Shown: positions 13,432 through 27,363, counted from the stretch's first letter. The stretch is 64,000 nucleotides of DNA from Octopus vulgaris (GCA_951406725.2 OX597818.1:147250001-147314000); one strand, 5' to 3'. Notes: generated by a model not told the origin, from the letters alone. Made by a program: numbers and translations.

Positions 13432-13479
13432 GAGAGAGAGAAAGATACACACACACACACATATACACACGCACGCACG

Positions 13480-13511
<32 letters not shown>

Positions 13512-13513
13512 CA

Positions 13514-13604
<91 letters not shown>

Positions 13605-13670
13605 ATGTGTGTATATGTATATATGTATGTATAAATGTATATATATATATATATGTAGGTATATATAATA
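13390..13670. repeat. Compound TA/GA/CA microsatellite
   Basis: Direct reading. Confidence 0.9.
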
Positions 13671-15377
13671 GCACCAGCAGTGAGTGGCCCTGTGTAAACA
13701 GCTACAGATACACACATACACAAACACAGACATATGTAGATAAATGCATAAGCATACATACATGTGGATGTGGTTGTCTGTGTGTGTGTGTGGATTCAGG
13801 TGCATGCTTTATAAAGTTTGCAATGTTCGCTTATACATGGATATATATGGATATATATTGTGTGTGTGTGTGTGAGTGGGTTCATGTATATATTCATAGC
13901 ATTCTATTCTCTTTTACCATAATAGTCAGTTCTGCTTTTCCAAGACATCATACATATCTTGTTTGTCATAACTCATCCTCATCACCTTTATAATCATCGT
14001 TGTTATTGTCTCATCATCATCACTGTTGTTATTAGTCAGCATCCATAATCATTGTTGTTCAACATCAATATTTATATCATCAATAGCCTCTTCTTCCACA
14101 GCATCCTCATCATCATCACCACCACCATCATCATCATCCCCATCACCATAATCACTGCCATCATCCAAACCATCAACTACACTGTTCATTGTTTTTTGTT
14201 GCTCTTGTGGTTTTGTTTGTTTAGCCACAGGTCAGCCCTGATCCAGTAGAACTTATAATCAAAAGTGCTCCAGTTGTGACCATCCCATCACATTTTTTTT
14301 ATTAGGTATGGTGCAATCCAGGACCATATTATCTAATGTATTATTCTCCTCTATGAACACAGCATGGTTAAATGGTTAACATGTTCACTTTGCAATCACA
14401 AGGTCTTCGGTTAAATCCCACTGTGTAGTTGGTATCTTGAGCGAGTATCTCTTACCATAGTGTCAGGCTGATCCAGCCTGAGTGAAACTATTTCAGACAG
14501 AAAACACACACAAGCTCATCAGGCAGATTCTACCTTTCATTCAAGAGTCTGGCATTGTCACACACAGTGTTATGCAAATTTTGCCTGAAGATTACATTAA
14601 AGGTACACATGTCTGTGGAATACTCGGCCACTTACTATGCACTGAACAACTGAATGTTAGTCATCAAATCTGACAGAGATCCATTTACTTTATTCTTTGC
14701 TAAGATGACTGTGTGTGATTTGAGGTCGATTTAACAGCTACTTCTACCAGCCTGTGCAATGACATAGAGGCTGTCTTGTTGGTTTGTTCATCACTCATAA
14801 TGTAATTACTATTACTCATACTTTGTCATTCCAGTTAATTAGTAACCATCGTTGTCATTCAATGTATTTGCACATCCAATCATCTATTTTCATCCATCAC
14901 TCAATTTTGTTTTTTATTGACATCCAAATTATTTGTTCATGCCAATCCTTTCCATTATTATTGATTAGATTAAGGTTTGAGCGTGCAGAACAGAATGCTT
15001 AACAGCATTTCATCCATCTTTACATTCTGAGTTCAAATCCCAGAGAGGTTGACGTTGCCTTTCATCCTTTTCTGATTAATAAAATAAGTATCAGTCGAGT
15101 AAAAGACTTCAGGTTTTGTACTTTTAGTAGAAAGGATTAGTATTGGTCAGATTCATTTCTTGTTCACTATCACCTTTACTCTTTTACTCTTTTACTTGTT
15201 TCAGTCATTTGACTGTGGCCATGCTGGAGCAATGCCTTTTGTCAAGTAAATCGACCCCCGGACTTATTCTTTGTATGCCTAATACTTATTCTATCGGTCT
15301 CTTTTGCCGAACCACTAAGTTACAGGAATGTAACACACCAGCATCGGTTGTCATGCGATGTTGGGGGGACAAACACA

Positions 15378-15469
<92 letters not shown>

Positions 15470-15471
<2 letters not shown>

Positions 15472-16150
15472 ACAACAATTGAGGAACAGCTATAATAGGC
15501 CGTTCGACGCACTAGAAATAGCAGCCAGGGCTCCAACCACAAATAGTAGTTATTCCGAAATCAGAGGAAAAATTAAAAAAACATTTACCCTGTTCTTCTT
15601 TAGACAATGCATTGTTTCAGCGTTTTTTAATGGTAAGACAGCCTGATTAAATTAAATTAAACGTAATCAAGTCAATCTTCCAAAAGGCCAACGCACTCAT
15701 CAGTAAAGGAGCCAGAAGGGACAGAAATTACATGAGGCAGCTACCTTCATGCCTCGGTAATATCTGACCTAAAATTTTCAAAATCATCGTACTCGCGCCA
15801 ACTTATCGGCAGCAAATATTAACTGCCGATTCAATTTCGGAATTAATCAAAAAATTATCAATTAATCAATATTAGGGTAGCTGGTTTACCATTAAAAAAT
15901 GCCGAAACAATGCATTGTCTAAAGAAGAACAGGGTAAATGTTTTTTTAATTTTTCCTCTGATTTCGGAATTACTACTATTTGCGGTTGGAGCCCTGGCTG
16001 CTTTTTCTAGTGGGTCGAACGGCCTATTGTAGCCATTCCTCAATTGTTGTTGAATTTATTCATAGTCTCTGACTATTTCCTCTTTCTCACTAGACCGCTG
16101 GTGGCAAAATAATTTCTATTGAATTTTTTGCTACCCTAATATTGATTAAT
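15470..16150. mobile_element. PLE-type non-coding element with inverted arms
   Basis: 15470-15640 is inverted at ~15883-16052; 15861-15881 is inverted at 16130-16150; contains an HHR; flanked by (TA)n. Confidence 0.8.
15598..15708 (-). ncRNA. Type I hammerhead ribozyme motif
   Basis: cttta-CTGATGA-gtgcgtt...aacgct-GAAA-caatgcattg-TC-taaag; GUC site; 12-nt palindrome ACAATGCATTGT. Confidence 0.8.
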
Positions 16151-16168
16151 ATATATATATATATATAT

Positions 16169-16203
<35 letters not shown>

Positions 16204-16360
16204 TACGGGTGTGTGTGATTGTGTATAGAAGAATATATTAATAAAAGGAATTCCAACCTTGTCTGATTTTCACGTTTTATTTACAATCTTATAATGATAT
16301 AATATAAGATAATATAATAGAATAAAATAAAATAATAGAATGTTAAATGTTCATTCTGAT

Positions 16361-16405
16361 TGATCTAGTACTTTCATGCATTAAATCCTGCAATCTTCAG
16401 GTTCA
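16361..16405 (-). ncRNA. Minimal hammerhead-like motif
   Basis: tgaac-CTGAAGA-ttgca...tgcat-GAAA-gtac-TA-gatca; one mismatch in stem I. Confidence 0.6.
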
Positions 16406-16469
16406 TGTAGTAGTGGTGACAGTCATGCTTCACAATTTTTGACTGTATATATATATATATATATATATA

Positions 16470-16885
16470 CTAGCAGTATCGCCCGGCGTTGCTCGGGTTT
16501 GTAAGGGAAATAACTATATAAGCATTTTTAGAGAGTTATAGCAAAAAAATAGCAAAAAAATGCATTAAAAATGGAAAAAAATGATGGTAAATTTTTTTTA
16601 AATCGTTGACTCATCGTAGACATTTTTAGAGAGTTACTTCCCTTATATAATAGCGAAAAAATATGCATTAAAAGGGAAAAAAATGATGGTAAATTATTTT
16701 TAAAATCGTAGACTCATCGTAGACACGCACTTTATCTAATAGCAGAGCTTAAACCCAGAAGGACTCAATATGAATCACAACTATAAGATACCCGATTTTG
16801 GTTAAACGGCACCGCAAAATGTGGGAGTAGTTAAGAATCTAAATCGTAGGAGACAGACACACAACTTGACTTTTATATATAAAGA
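16470..16885 (-). mobile_element. Non-autonomous Helitron
   Basis: Minus strand begins A|TC and ends with GC hairpin cccgagcaacgccggg then CTAG|T; no TSD. Confidence 0.8.
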
Positions 16886-17409
16886 TATACACACACACAT
16901 ATATACGACAGGCTTCTTTCAGTTTCCGTCTACCAAATCTACTCACAAGGTTTTGGTCAGCCTGAAGCTATAGTAGAAGACACTTGTCCAAGGTGCCATG
17001 TAGTGGGACTGAAACCGGAACCATGTGTTTCATAAGCAAGCTACTTACCACACAGCCACTCCTACACCTACTTTTGTTCATCATTCTTTTTTTTTTTTTA
17101 CCATTTAGTCTAAGAAGCAAGAATAGTACCTATGCTCCATTTTAATTTTTCTGGAACTTACATTACGTAGGATGTTGCACAACAACATTTAAGCTCTGCT
17201 ATTACAACCACATCTCATCATTCAAACACAAAAATAAGGAAAATGCGATATCACTTAGAAAGCTAATATGGCAACTTAAGGAAAAAGACAGAATATGAGC
17301 TAAAATAGTCAATCCCAAGTTGAGCTAAACCATATAAAATAGGAAGAAGTAGAAGTGAACTCTGCCTTCCAAATACTTACATCAGAGAGTAAATGTGTAT
17401 ATATATATA

Positions 17410-20400
17410 TATATTGGCACACTGAAAGGTAGGTCTGGCGAGATAGTCGAGATGCTTGAACGGAGATGTGTTGATGTATGTTGCATGCAAGAAATAAGGT
17501 GGAGAGGAGGATCTGCTAGGTTCCTCACAGGCAAGGAACACAGGTACAAGATTTTCTGGGCAGGGAACACTGACGGGATTGGTGGCGTGGGTATACTTAT
17601 CGCTGAGAAATGGGTAGATAAAGTAATTGAGGTAATCAGAGTAAGTGACAGAATACTTAAGATTAGAATAGTGCTTCATAATAGATTAGCAACCATTATA
17701 TCAGCCTATGCCCCTCAGCCAGGGCTACCCGATGGACAGAAAGACAGTTTCTATGACACCCTACTGCAGACCACCTCATTGATGAACGACAGGGACCTTC
17801 TCTTTCTGGCTGGTGATTTCAATGGGCATGTTGGACGACATGCTGGGGGCTTCCATGGCGTACATGGAGGCTACGGTTATGGTTCCCGCAACGAGGAGGG
17901 AACCAGGCTGCTGGAGTTCTGCGATGCGAATAGTCTTATGGTTTGCAACACTAACTTCAGGAAACCGACAAGCCACCTGGTCACCTACCGATCGGGCCGG
18001 CATACTAGCCAAATCGACTACATCCTTGCCAGAAAAAGGGAAAGATGGCTGCTTATAAATGCCAAAACCTTCCCAGGCGAAGAATGCACCCCACAACATA
18101 GACTGGTAGTTAGTGACTTTAGGATCAGGACTAAGAGGGCGACTAGAAGACGACCAACATGAAGAAGAAGGGTCTGGAAGCTTAAAGACCCTGCGAATGG
18201 ACAGAGATTTAGAGACATGTTACTTGAAGCCTTTGATGAAATGGAAGGGGGTATAGCTACGCATGGGGTAGAAGACAACTGGACGCTTCTGAGGGACAAC
18301 CTGCTGAAAGCCACTGACCAGATCTGTGGCTGGTGCAAAGTCCCCTTAAGACCCAAAATAACGTGGTGGTGGAACAATATTGTTGACAGGGCTATTAGAC
18401 AAAAGAAACAGGCTTGGAAGGCCTGGAAGAACGGTGGTAGTAGGGAAGTGTATCAGACTGCCAGAAGGGAAGCTAGGAGACAGGTCTATCTAGCCAGAGG
18501 GGAAGCAGATAAGAAAAAAAATTTGCCAATGTCCTGCGCCGTGAGGATGAAAGACTTGAGGTATTTCATGTTGCAAGACAGTGTGTGAGAGAGAATCGTG
18601 ACGTGGTAGGAGAGAAATGTGTTCGCAAGGATGACGGTTCACTTGCGCTAAATGAGGATGCAAAGAGAGAGGCTTGGAGATGCCACTATGAAAGGTTGCT
18701 GAATGAGGAAAATGAATGGGATAAAGAGAGTCTGCCGAATGTTGACCTAACAGAGGGACCAGCAATCCGAGTTAACAGTTCCTTAGTAGTTAAGGCAATT
18801 AGAAGCATGAAAACAGGGAAAGCCCCAGGCCCATCAGGAATTACTGCAGAGATGCTCAAAATATCTGGTAGTGTCGGCTATAGCCAAGTCACCCGTATAG
18901 TTAACCAGGTGATACACGAAGGAGTCATACCCAATGACTGGTGTAGCAGCATAATAGTCAACTGCTACAAAGGTAAAGGTGACGCCCTAGATACAAATAA
19001 CTACAGGGGCATCAAGCTGCTGGATCAGGTAATGAAGGTTACAGAGAGGGTTATAGCCCAATTAATTAGAGAGAGAGTTAGCTTAGATGATATGCAGTTT
19101 GGGTTCGTGCCAGGGAATAGTACTACTGATACTATATTCCTGGTAAGACAGCTGCAGGAAAAATACCTACCCAAAGATAAGCCCTTGTACCTGGCTTTTG
19201 TTGACTTGGAGAAAGCCTTTGACAGGGTCCCCCGATCCCTTATCTGGTGCTCAATGAGGAAACTAGGGATAGATGAATGGTTAGTGAGAGCTGTGCGAGC
19301 CATGTACAGAGACGCTGCTAGTAAGGTGAGGGTTGGCAACGAGTACAGTAAAGAATTCCGGGTAGAGGTTGGGATCCACCAAGGTTCAGTCCTCAGTCCC
19401 CTCCTATTTATCATAGTCCTCCAGGCAATAACGGAGGAATTCAAGACAAGATGCCCCTGGGAGCTCCTCTATGCTGATGACCTTGCTCTAATTGCTGAGT
19501 CACTATCAGAACTGGCGGAGAAGTTTCAGGTGTGGAAACAAGGATTAGAATCGAAGGGCCTTAGAATCAACCTAGCTAAAACCAAAGTCGTAATCAGTAG
19601 GAAGGTGGACCAATCACAAACGACTTCAGGTAGATGGCCCTGCTCGATCTGTAAAAAAGGTGTAGGTAGAAACTCTATAAGGTGCACCAAGTGCAAGCTA
19701 TGGACACATAAGAGGTGCAGCAATGTCAAAGGAAGGCTAACTAGGAAAATAGTTTTTGTCTGTGGCAGATGCTCAGGAGCAATAAACACTGGAAATGTGC
19801 AGAGACCAACTTCTACCACGTTCCAGGGAGACAAACTAGAAGTAGTTGATAGCTTCCGCTACCTAGGAGACCAAGTCAGTAGCGGGGGTGGGTGTGCTGA
19901 AAGTGTAACTGCTAGAGTAAGAATAGCCTGGGCAAAGTTTAGAGAGCTCTTACCCCTGCTGGTGACAAAAGGCCTCTCGCTCAGAGTAAAAGGCAGACTG
20001 TATGATGCATGTGTACGTACAGCCATGCTACATGGTAGTGAAACATGGGCCGTGACTGCTGAGGATATGCGTAAGCTCACAAGAAATGAAGCCAGTATGC
20101 TCCGATGGATGTGTAATGTCAGTGTTCATAATCGTCAGAGTGTAAGTACCTTGAGAGAAAAGTTGAACCTAAGAAGCATCAGTTGTGGTGTGCAAGAGAG
20201 ACGGCTGCGCTGGTATGATCATGTGACGAGAATGGCTGAAGATAGTTGTGTGCAAAAGTGCTACACCCTAGCAGTTGAGGGAACCTGTGGAAGAGGTAGA
20301 CCCAGGAAAACCTGGGACGAGGTGGTGAAGCACGACCTTCGAACTTTAGGTCTCACCAAGGAAATGACTAGAGACCGAGACCTATGGAAGTATGCTGTGC

Positions 20401-20530
20401 GTGAAAAGACCCGGCAGGACTAGTCAGGCCATAACCCATGGCCCCTACCTGGGACGTAGTCAGTCCACCTGTGCATATCTTCCTTCTTGTGACACTTGTG
20501 AAGACCTGTTGAGGCAAGTGAAAATCAAAT
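17410..20530 (+). mobile_element. RTE-clade LINE, near full-length ORF2 (APE endonuclease + RT), inactivated
   Basis: MQE, GVG, YAP, GDFNGHVG, QIDY, QHRLV (APE); DLEKAFDRV, HQGSVLSPLLF, YADD, FRYLG (RT); stop at 18160-18162 and frameshift in the A-run near 18515; both ends abut (TA)n. Confidence 0.95.
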
Positions 20531-20617
20531 CACACACTGTATATATATATATATATATATTCTTAAGAAAGAACGGAATGGATTAAGTGGAGCAAGGGCA
20601 CACACCAAAATGAAAAG

Positions 20618-20662
20618 TGTCACTGAAGAGGTCACAGATGGGTGACGAAAGATTTTTAGACA
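20618..20662 (+). ncRNA. Degenerate hammerhead-like motif
   Basis: tgtca-CTGAAGA-g-gtcac...gtgac-GAAA-gattttta-gaca; stem III degraded. Confidence 0.4.
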
Positions 20663-22692
20663 ATGGACATGAGTTAAAATAAACAAATAAGAACAGTAAT
20701 AAACAAGTGAAGACCAAATATATAGCGTGTGTGTTTATTTGGTAAAAAAAAAATGAATGATCATCCCGAAATATAACAATATTAGAAATTTTAACCTTTG
20801 TTTAAAATTTAATCCATAATCCATTCAGTGGTCAAAATTTTAAAACTCCTGTAATGAGTTTAATTTGAAATCATATGTGGCCTTTAATGTTATTTGAATT
20901 TAAACAACTTGTAATGAGGCACAAGAAGCCAGCACCATTTTTGAACAAGATTTCTCCTGCAACCATTTGCCATGCACGAGACAACAACGAGATTCTTGCC
21001 AGCAACCAGTATTTCAGCAAGAAACCAGCGACATTCACTCTTCTCACACCCAACACCGAGAAACCCTGTGAAGTCAGCAGCTTACAGCGAACTTTTGTCC
21101 CGCTCTGACTCCACATGCTTATCTCCAGGGGTAATGAATCTCATGTGTACGGAGCTAAGACAAACCACACGCTGCTATAAAGATGGCCACTGAGAGTGAA
21201 CCACATGAACAAGAACTCTGTAAATAAACGGCTGTTGAATCGTACTCTGCTTGTGAACTTCTTCTTCAAGTTCCAGATCCTAGAAACTACAAAAATAATT
21301 ATAATGGGAAAAGGAGATACTCCACTGGTATCATAAACCTTCCATTCCATTATAAACTCAACTTGACTTTATTCCATTTCAACTTCACATTTCTCAATCT
21401 ATCTGTATTTCATATCCTAGCTAATCAAAGCTTTCTCAAGCTCTAAATCACAATATGATTGCTACTGATATTTCATTCACTTTCTAATACAATTCTCTTA
21501 CTATGTTTGATAGCACCAATGACCAAATATTAAAGCCTTAAGTTGGCCTTAAGTTGTGTAAATGGCCCATATCAAATTTCAACACATTTGGAGAATATCT
21601 AACCTAAAAACAATACAAATATGTTCCTGTGTGTTGACCTGACTACAAACACTAATGTTTTATGACTGTCCTTTTCCCAAATTTTGCCCATCCTATACCC
21701 CACCTTCTATCAAGTGACCTTTTCCTTCTCTTCACCCATTTGTAACCTGTTTTACTCTTTCTATCTATTCTACTTGTATTCCCCCCTCTCACCATGCCTG
21801 TACCATTCCTTTACTGTTCTGCTTTGTTATAACCAGAAACAGCTTCAAGTAAAATTGCATTCATTCTTGTATGTTGTTCAATTTTTCTCAACAGATCAAT
21901 AGACCAACTGAGTAAAACTATCAATAACGTATCCATAATGACTTCTGGAAACAGTTGTAAGCCAAATCTGCTCTAATTAAGGAAAAATATGAATGACTGT
22001 TATTTATACCTTTTACTTGCATGCATGCATGTATGAGTGTGTGTGTGGGGGAATGTATGTACATATGTATGTATATATGTATATATGCATGCATGCATGT
22101 ATGTATGTATGTATGTATGTATGTATGTATGTATGTATATATGTATGTATGAATGTATGAATGTATGTATGTATGCATGTATGTATGAATGTATGTATAC
22201 AAGCTTCTTAACCACACAGTCATGTCTATATATATATATATATATAAGTATGCACACACATGTGCGTTAGTGAGTGTGAGATTGTGTTTTCTGTCATCCT
22301 CATATGCATGCACTAACTGTAAACAACAATACAGGTAGTGTCCTTTTAATTTGCAGTCAACTGTAAACCCATGTCTGGGCTCTTTGACATGTTAGGACAT
22401 GTTGCACGTTGTAAACAAAGGCTCATTCAAACAGTATCATCAGTTTCCAGTTTACCACATTCCCATGTCTGGGCTGTTCGTTGATTGTTTGATTGACTTA
22501 GAGATTGTTACCTTATTTGGAGACAAGTGAGGGTTAGCAACAAGAAGGATATCTAGCTCTAGAAAATCTATCTCAATGAATCCTGAATTCTGTCCAGCCC
22601 ATGCAAACATGAAAAAATGGCTTTCAAAATGATGATGAAAATGAAGGTGATAATGATAATGATGATTTATTACACACACACAAAAAGACTAA

Positions 22693-23447
22693 TCATCATC
22701 ATCATCATCGTCATCGTCGTTGTCGTCGTTTAATGTCTGCTTTCCATGCTAGCATGGGTTGGACGATTTGACTGAGGACTGGCGAACCAGATGGCTGCAC
22801 CAGGCTCCAATCTTGATCTGGCAGAGTTTCTACAGCTGGATGCCCTTCCTAATGCCAACCACTCTGAGAGTGTAGTGCGTGCTTTTACGTGCCACTGGCA
22901 TGAGGGCCACTCAGGCGGTACTGGCAACGGCCACACTCAAATGGTGTTTTGTTTTTTACATGCCACCTGCACACTGGCACAAGTGCCAGTAAGGCAACGC
23001 TGGTAACGATTACACTTGAATGGTGCTTTTTACGTGCCACCAGCATGAACGCCAGTTAGCCGCTCTGGCAACGATCACGCTCGGATGGTGGTCTTAGTGC
23101 TCCACTAGCAAGGATGCCAGTCATCAAATTTGATTTCGATTTCACTTGCCTCACTAGGTCTTTGGAAGCAGTGTCCAATGAAGGGAAGGTACGCATAAGT
23201 GGGCTGGTTACGCTCCTGGCATAGGCCACGAGGTTATGGTCTCATTTGGCTTGCCAGGTCTTCTCAAGCACAGCATATTTCCAAAAGTCTCATTCACTAG
23301 TCATTGCCTCAGTGAGGCCCAATGTTCGAAGGTCGTGCTTTACCACTTCATCCCAGGTCTTCCTGGGTCTACCTCTTCCACAGGTTCCCTCAACCGCAAA
23401 GGTGTGGTACTTTTTCACACAGCTATCCTCATCCATTCTCGCCACGA
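22693..23447 (-). mobile_element. RTE 3' fragment (RT C-terminus, 3' UTR, (GAT)n tail)
   Basis: Matches 20200-20525 and the UTR fragments elsewhere. Confidence 0.85.
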
Positions 23448-23540
23448 AGAATCTGCACAGTTATTTCAAATTTTGAAGTGCATAATGAAAGACTCCAGGA
23501 ATTACAACAAATACTATTTGAAAGACAATTTTCTCTTTTT

Positions 23541-23585
<45 letters not shown>

Positions 23586-23814
23586 TTGTGTGTGTGTGTA
23601 GGTACATTGCTTAGTGGTTAGGGTATTGCACTTACAATTGCAAGTTTGTGGTTTCAGTTCCTGGATTGGGCAAAGCATATTTACACTGGCTGAGTAGCCT
23701 ATCATTGCTGGACAATTTTCACAACAGAATGCCTTTATTTCAATTTCTTTTCTTCCATATCAGACTATGTTTTCCCAAACGAACACAACTCTTGATTTCT
23801 GCACTATTTACGCC

Positions 23815-24045
23815 AGTTTACAATATCTCAATAAACAAAGTGTTTGGTTTTTCCATTTGGTGAATCGATTTTACTGACTTCCTACTCTTGAACATCCAAC
23901 AGAAAGCTGTTCATAGGTGAAGCAGGGCTCTTCAAGGTGTAAACTGGTAACCAAAAATGTTTGCCCTTGCAATCTATTCAGGGTCATGGCAAAACTAAGA
24001 CTTACTGGAAATCAAAGTTATTTGAATTGAAATGAGACATCTACT
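23815..24045 (-). pseudogene. Helitron PIF1-type helicase C-terminal remnant
   Basis: Manual translation: FQFK*L*FPVSLSFAMTLNRLQGQT...EEPCFTYEQLSVGCSRVG...PNGKTKHFVY, resembling FKRLQFP..L.FAMTINKSQGQT...HGQLYVA.SRV. Confidence 0.8.
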
Positions 24046-24618
24046 GAGTCTGTGCAACAGAGGCTTTTGCGTGTTTATCATCTAACTGATACATACTATG
24101 CTTGGAGAGTGACAGATAAAGAGAGAGGATCTTTTCTGTTGCTGTTACAGATTTTGAAATCTTAAAATTAAATGAAAATTTTCAAATTGGTATATTGATA
24201 TACGTTTTCAAGCTGAATCTGATGTTGTGATTAATTTATTCCAGAAAAATTCTAGAAAAATGTTACTGATATTCAAGGTTTGATTATTTTTACCCAATCA
24301 GAAAATAGGATTTGGAATCTAGCATTTTCTGTATGATAGCTGTCTATCTCAAAATGAAAGGAGACATAACAGTGATGAAATTTTAAACAAGATGAAAGCA
24401 ATTGTCATATCAAGAGAGACGTGAGGAAAGCAGCATGTATGAGACATATAGAGAAGAAAGTGCGATAGACAGGGTGGTAAATATATATATATCACCGTGA
24501 TCACTGTGATCACCATGACCGACCAGGCTATCAAATGTTGCTACACATCGCTGGTCACAATACGCTTCACATTGTTTTAGCCTTCAAATGATACCACCCC
24601 GCTGGCTAAGCGAGCAAG

Positions 24619-24668
<50 letters not shown>

Positions 24669-25345
24669 TATATACACACAAGGTATTAGCAAAGAAAGTT
24701 GTAGGAAAACACCTGTTTCTACTGGATTAAGTTTTTTAAACATGTGAGAATGTATTCATTTTCAGAGAATGAGAAGTAGTCAGAAGGAGAAGAGGAAAAA
24801 GGGAGAGTGCATGAGAGAGAAAGCATGGGTGAGAAAAGAAAGAGTGAGTGAGAGAGAAAGAGTGAGTGAAAAAGGAAGACTGGGTGGAAGAGAAGAAATA
24901 AAAAAAAGGTGAATGAGAAGGAAGAGGTAAGTAGCAAAGCAAATTAAGAAGTAAAAAGAGATGAGAGGAAAGAAAGAAATAGATCCAAACATTATCCATC
25001 CTTGTCAACATTATTGAACTGAATATTATTGACGAAGGCTGCTATTATTCTCTTCAAAACATTAGTGTTTAATATTATTTGTTATTAAATGGCCTAGATC
25101 CAACAAAACAGAATTATTTAGCTAACCTCATACTCAGGTGATGATTCACTGCTATTGATTAGAAGGACAGGTAAAATCTGTGAGATGTGATAGGTTACTT
25201 TGAACAGGAAAATGATTCAGATAATGTCACAACACAAAGCATCTTCATCACTTTCTATAATGACTATTCAGTTATTTGATAAACTAAATTATCAGTTCAC
25301 TGGATTCACCAACAAGTGGCTGAGTATTCCACAGACATATGCTCT

Positions 25346-25760
25346 TAATCCTTTCGTTACCATATTTCTGCTGAGATACACTGGTTTTGTTTCAATTAAT
25401 TTTGAAAATAATGAAGAATTTAGTAAAATAACTGTCATTATCAAACAGGTGTAAACCAGCCAGAACCATTCGAACACTGGACAAAGTGCTGAGTAGAATT
25501 TTATCTGCCTTTATGTTCTGAGTTCAAATTCCACTGAATTTTGCCCTTTATCCTTTGGGGATCAATGAAATAAGTACCAATTGAGAACTGAGGTCGATAT
25601 AATCAACTAATTCCTCCCCCAAATTTCAGGCCTTGTGTCTATAGAAAGAAGGATTATTAAACTGGTGTTCGGAACATAAATTAACATGAAATTTTGATAG
25701 GGGGCTTTAATGTAGATTACTTTATAACAAAAAGATTGCATCAAAATCCAGAACCAGATT
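25346..25760. mobile_element. Probable TTAA-type MITE remnant interrupted by a family C SINE (~25452-25652)
   Basis: ttaa-tcctttcgttac start; imperfect TSD attatcaaacaggtg (25437-25451) / attattaaactggtg (25653-25667). Confidence 0.5.
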
Positions 25761-26243
25761 TAACATGATACAATGTATAATAAGAATGGATCATTGAATT
25801 CCAGGTACATTCCATGCACAGAACTTCTCCGTAGTTCTCATCTATCCAATTTTATGTACAAAGGTCAAATGTATGGTCAATCTGAGATTATGGTGAAAAA
25901 TATGCCCAACATGCTATGCAGTGAGACCAAGCCAGAGGCCTCATGATTGTGAAGGTAATTTCTTAACCATCCAACCGTGTTTTACCCACAAAACTCAGTA
26001 GCTTTTACAAAGAGGTTATCACTACTGCTTTACTGACTCACCTTTCTGTTGTGTAGTGGAATTGAACCTAAAATTACACAGTTGGAAAGTGAAATTTTTA
26101 ACTACATAACCAACGACATGGTCATCTGTAGTTGAGTGGGTCCATTTGAGAGTACACATACACACACATGTGCACACATGTATATATATATACACACACA
26201 TGTATATGTGTATATACGCATATATATATACACATATACATAC

Positions 26244-26294
<51 letters not shown>

Positions 26295-26296
<2 letters not shown>

Positions 26297-26470
26297 GCAC
26301 CCACTACACTCACGGAGTGGTTGGCATTAGGAAGGGCATCCAGCCGTAGAAACACTGCCAGATCTGACTGGGCCTGATGAAGCCTTCCAGCTTTACAGAC
26401 CCCAGTTGAACCGTCCAACCCATGCTAGCATGGAAAGCGGACGCTAAATGATGATGATGATGATGATGAT
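26295..26470 (+). mobile_element. RTE 3' UTR fragment
   Basis: Homologous to 1-257. Confidence 0.8.
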
Positions 26471-26984
26471 ACATACATATACATACATACATATATATAT
26501 ATATTCCTTTGGAATAATATCAGTGATATCTTCGAAACATGTGTCGGAAATAAAAGTATTTGAATTATACCTGCATTAAACTCCATTTATTTATTGATAT
26601 ATATATATGTATATATGTGTGTACATATATATATATAAATTGCTTATTTCCATGCTGACTACCTGATAATAATCATTAATGTGATTTTTATCCTTATTTT
26701 ATGTATGTATATATATATATATATATTATAATTATTAAGGAATATTACTTCCGAGTATACAGGAAAAAGACATTCAAATTAGATGTACTAAAATGAACAT
26801 CTCTCAATGTTTAATTCGTATATATAAAAGTGGTTTAGAGACAGAACCACCTTCAACTCAATCAACACTGAAAGATTTTATACCCGACCACTCCATAAAA
26901 TATGAAATATTAAATCTTATACTAACTATATCTATTCTGAATCCCGTATTTTCTGTTTATAAGAGTACATGTGTTTCATGAAAG

Positions 26985-27363
26985 TGAAGCTTGAGAGGCG
27001 GTTGGATGGAACCTACACTCGCCTCCTTATGAGAGCTCAAAATCTCTCGTGGAGGCGCCATCCAACCAAAATGCAAATATATGGGAAACTACTACCTGTG
27101 TCATCTCTTGTGAAAGGTAGGAGAGTCCAGTTTGCTGGACATTGTTGTAGAGCTGAAAAAGAAGTAATTTCTGCTCTTCTCCTCTGGAAGCTATCTACTC
27201 ACAATACCAGAGGGTGCACACTCTCCTACCCTGATGTAATCTCCAGGGATACAGGCATCCAGCAACAGGACCTCTGTAATATTTTATGGAGTGGTAGGGT
27301 ATAAAATCTTTCAGTGTTGATTGAGTTGAATGTGGTTCTGTCTCACAAACATGATGATGATGA
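26985..27363 (+). mobile_element. RTE-like LINE 3' fragment (second family)
   Basis: LDGTYTRLL...LSW...RRVQFAGHCCR; (GAT)n tail at 27351-27363. Confidence 0.75.

Larger units (their letters stand above)
15180..17070 (-). mobile_element. Family A SINE split by three nested insertions
   Basis: 3' half at ~15180-15380 and 5' half at ~16900-17070, collinear with the intact copy at 62925-63305. Confidence 0.75.

Noticed and set aside
20871-21350. Selenocysteine/read-through of the TGA joining two same-frame minus-strand ORFs
   Set aside because: No selenoprotein motif or SECIS recognised; the peptide is not convincing
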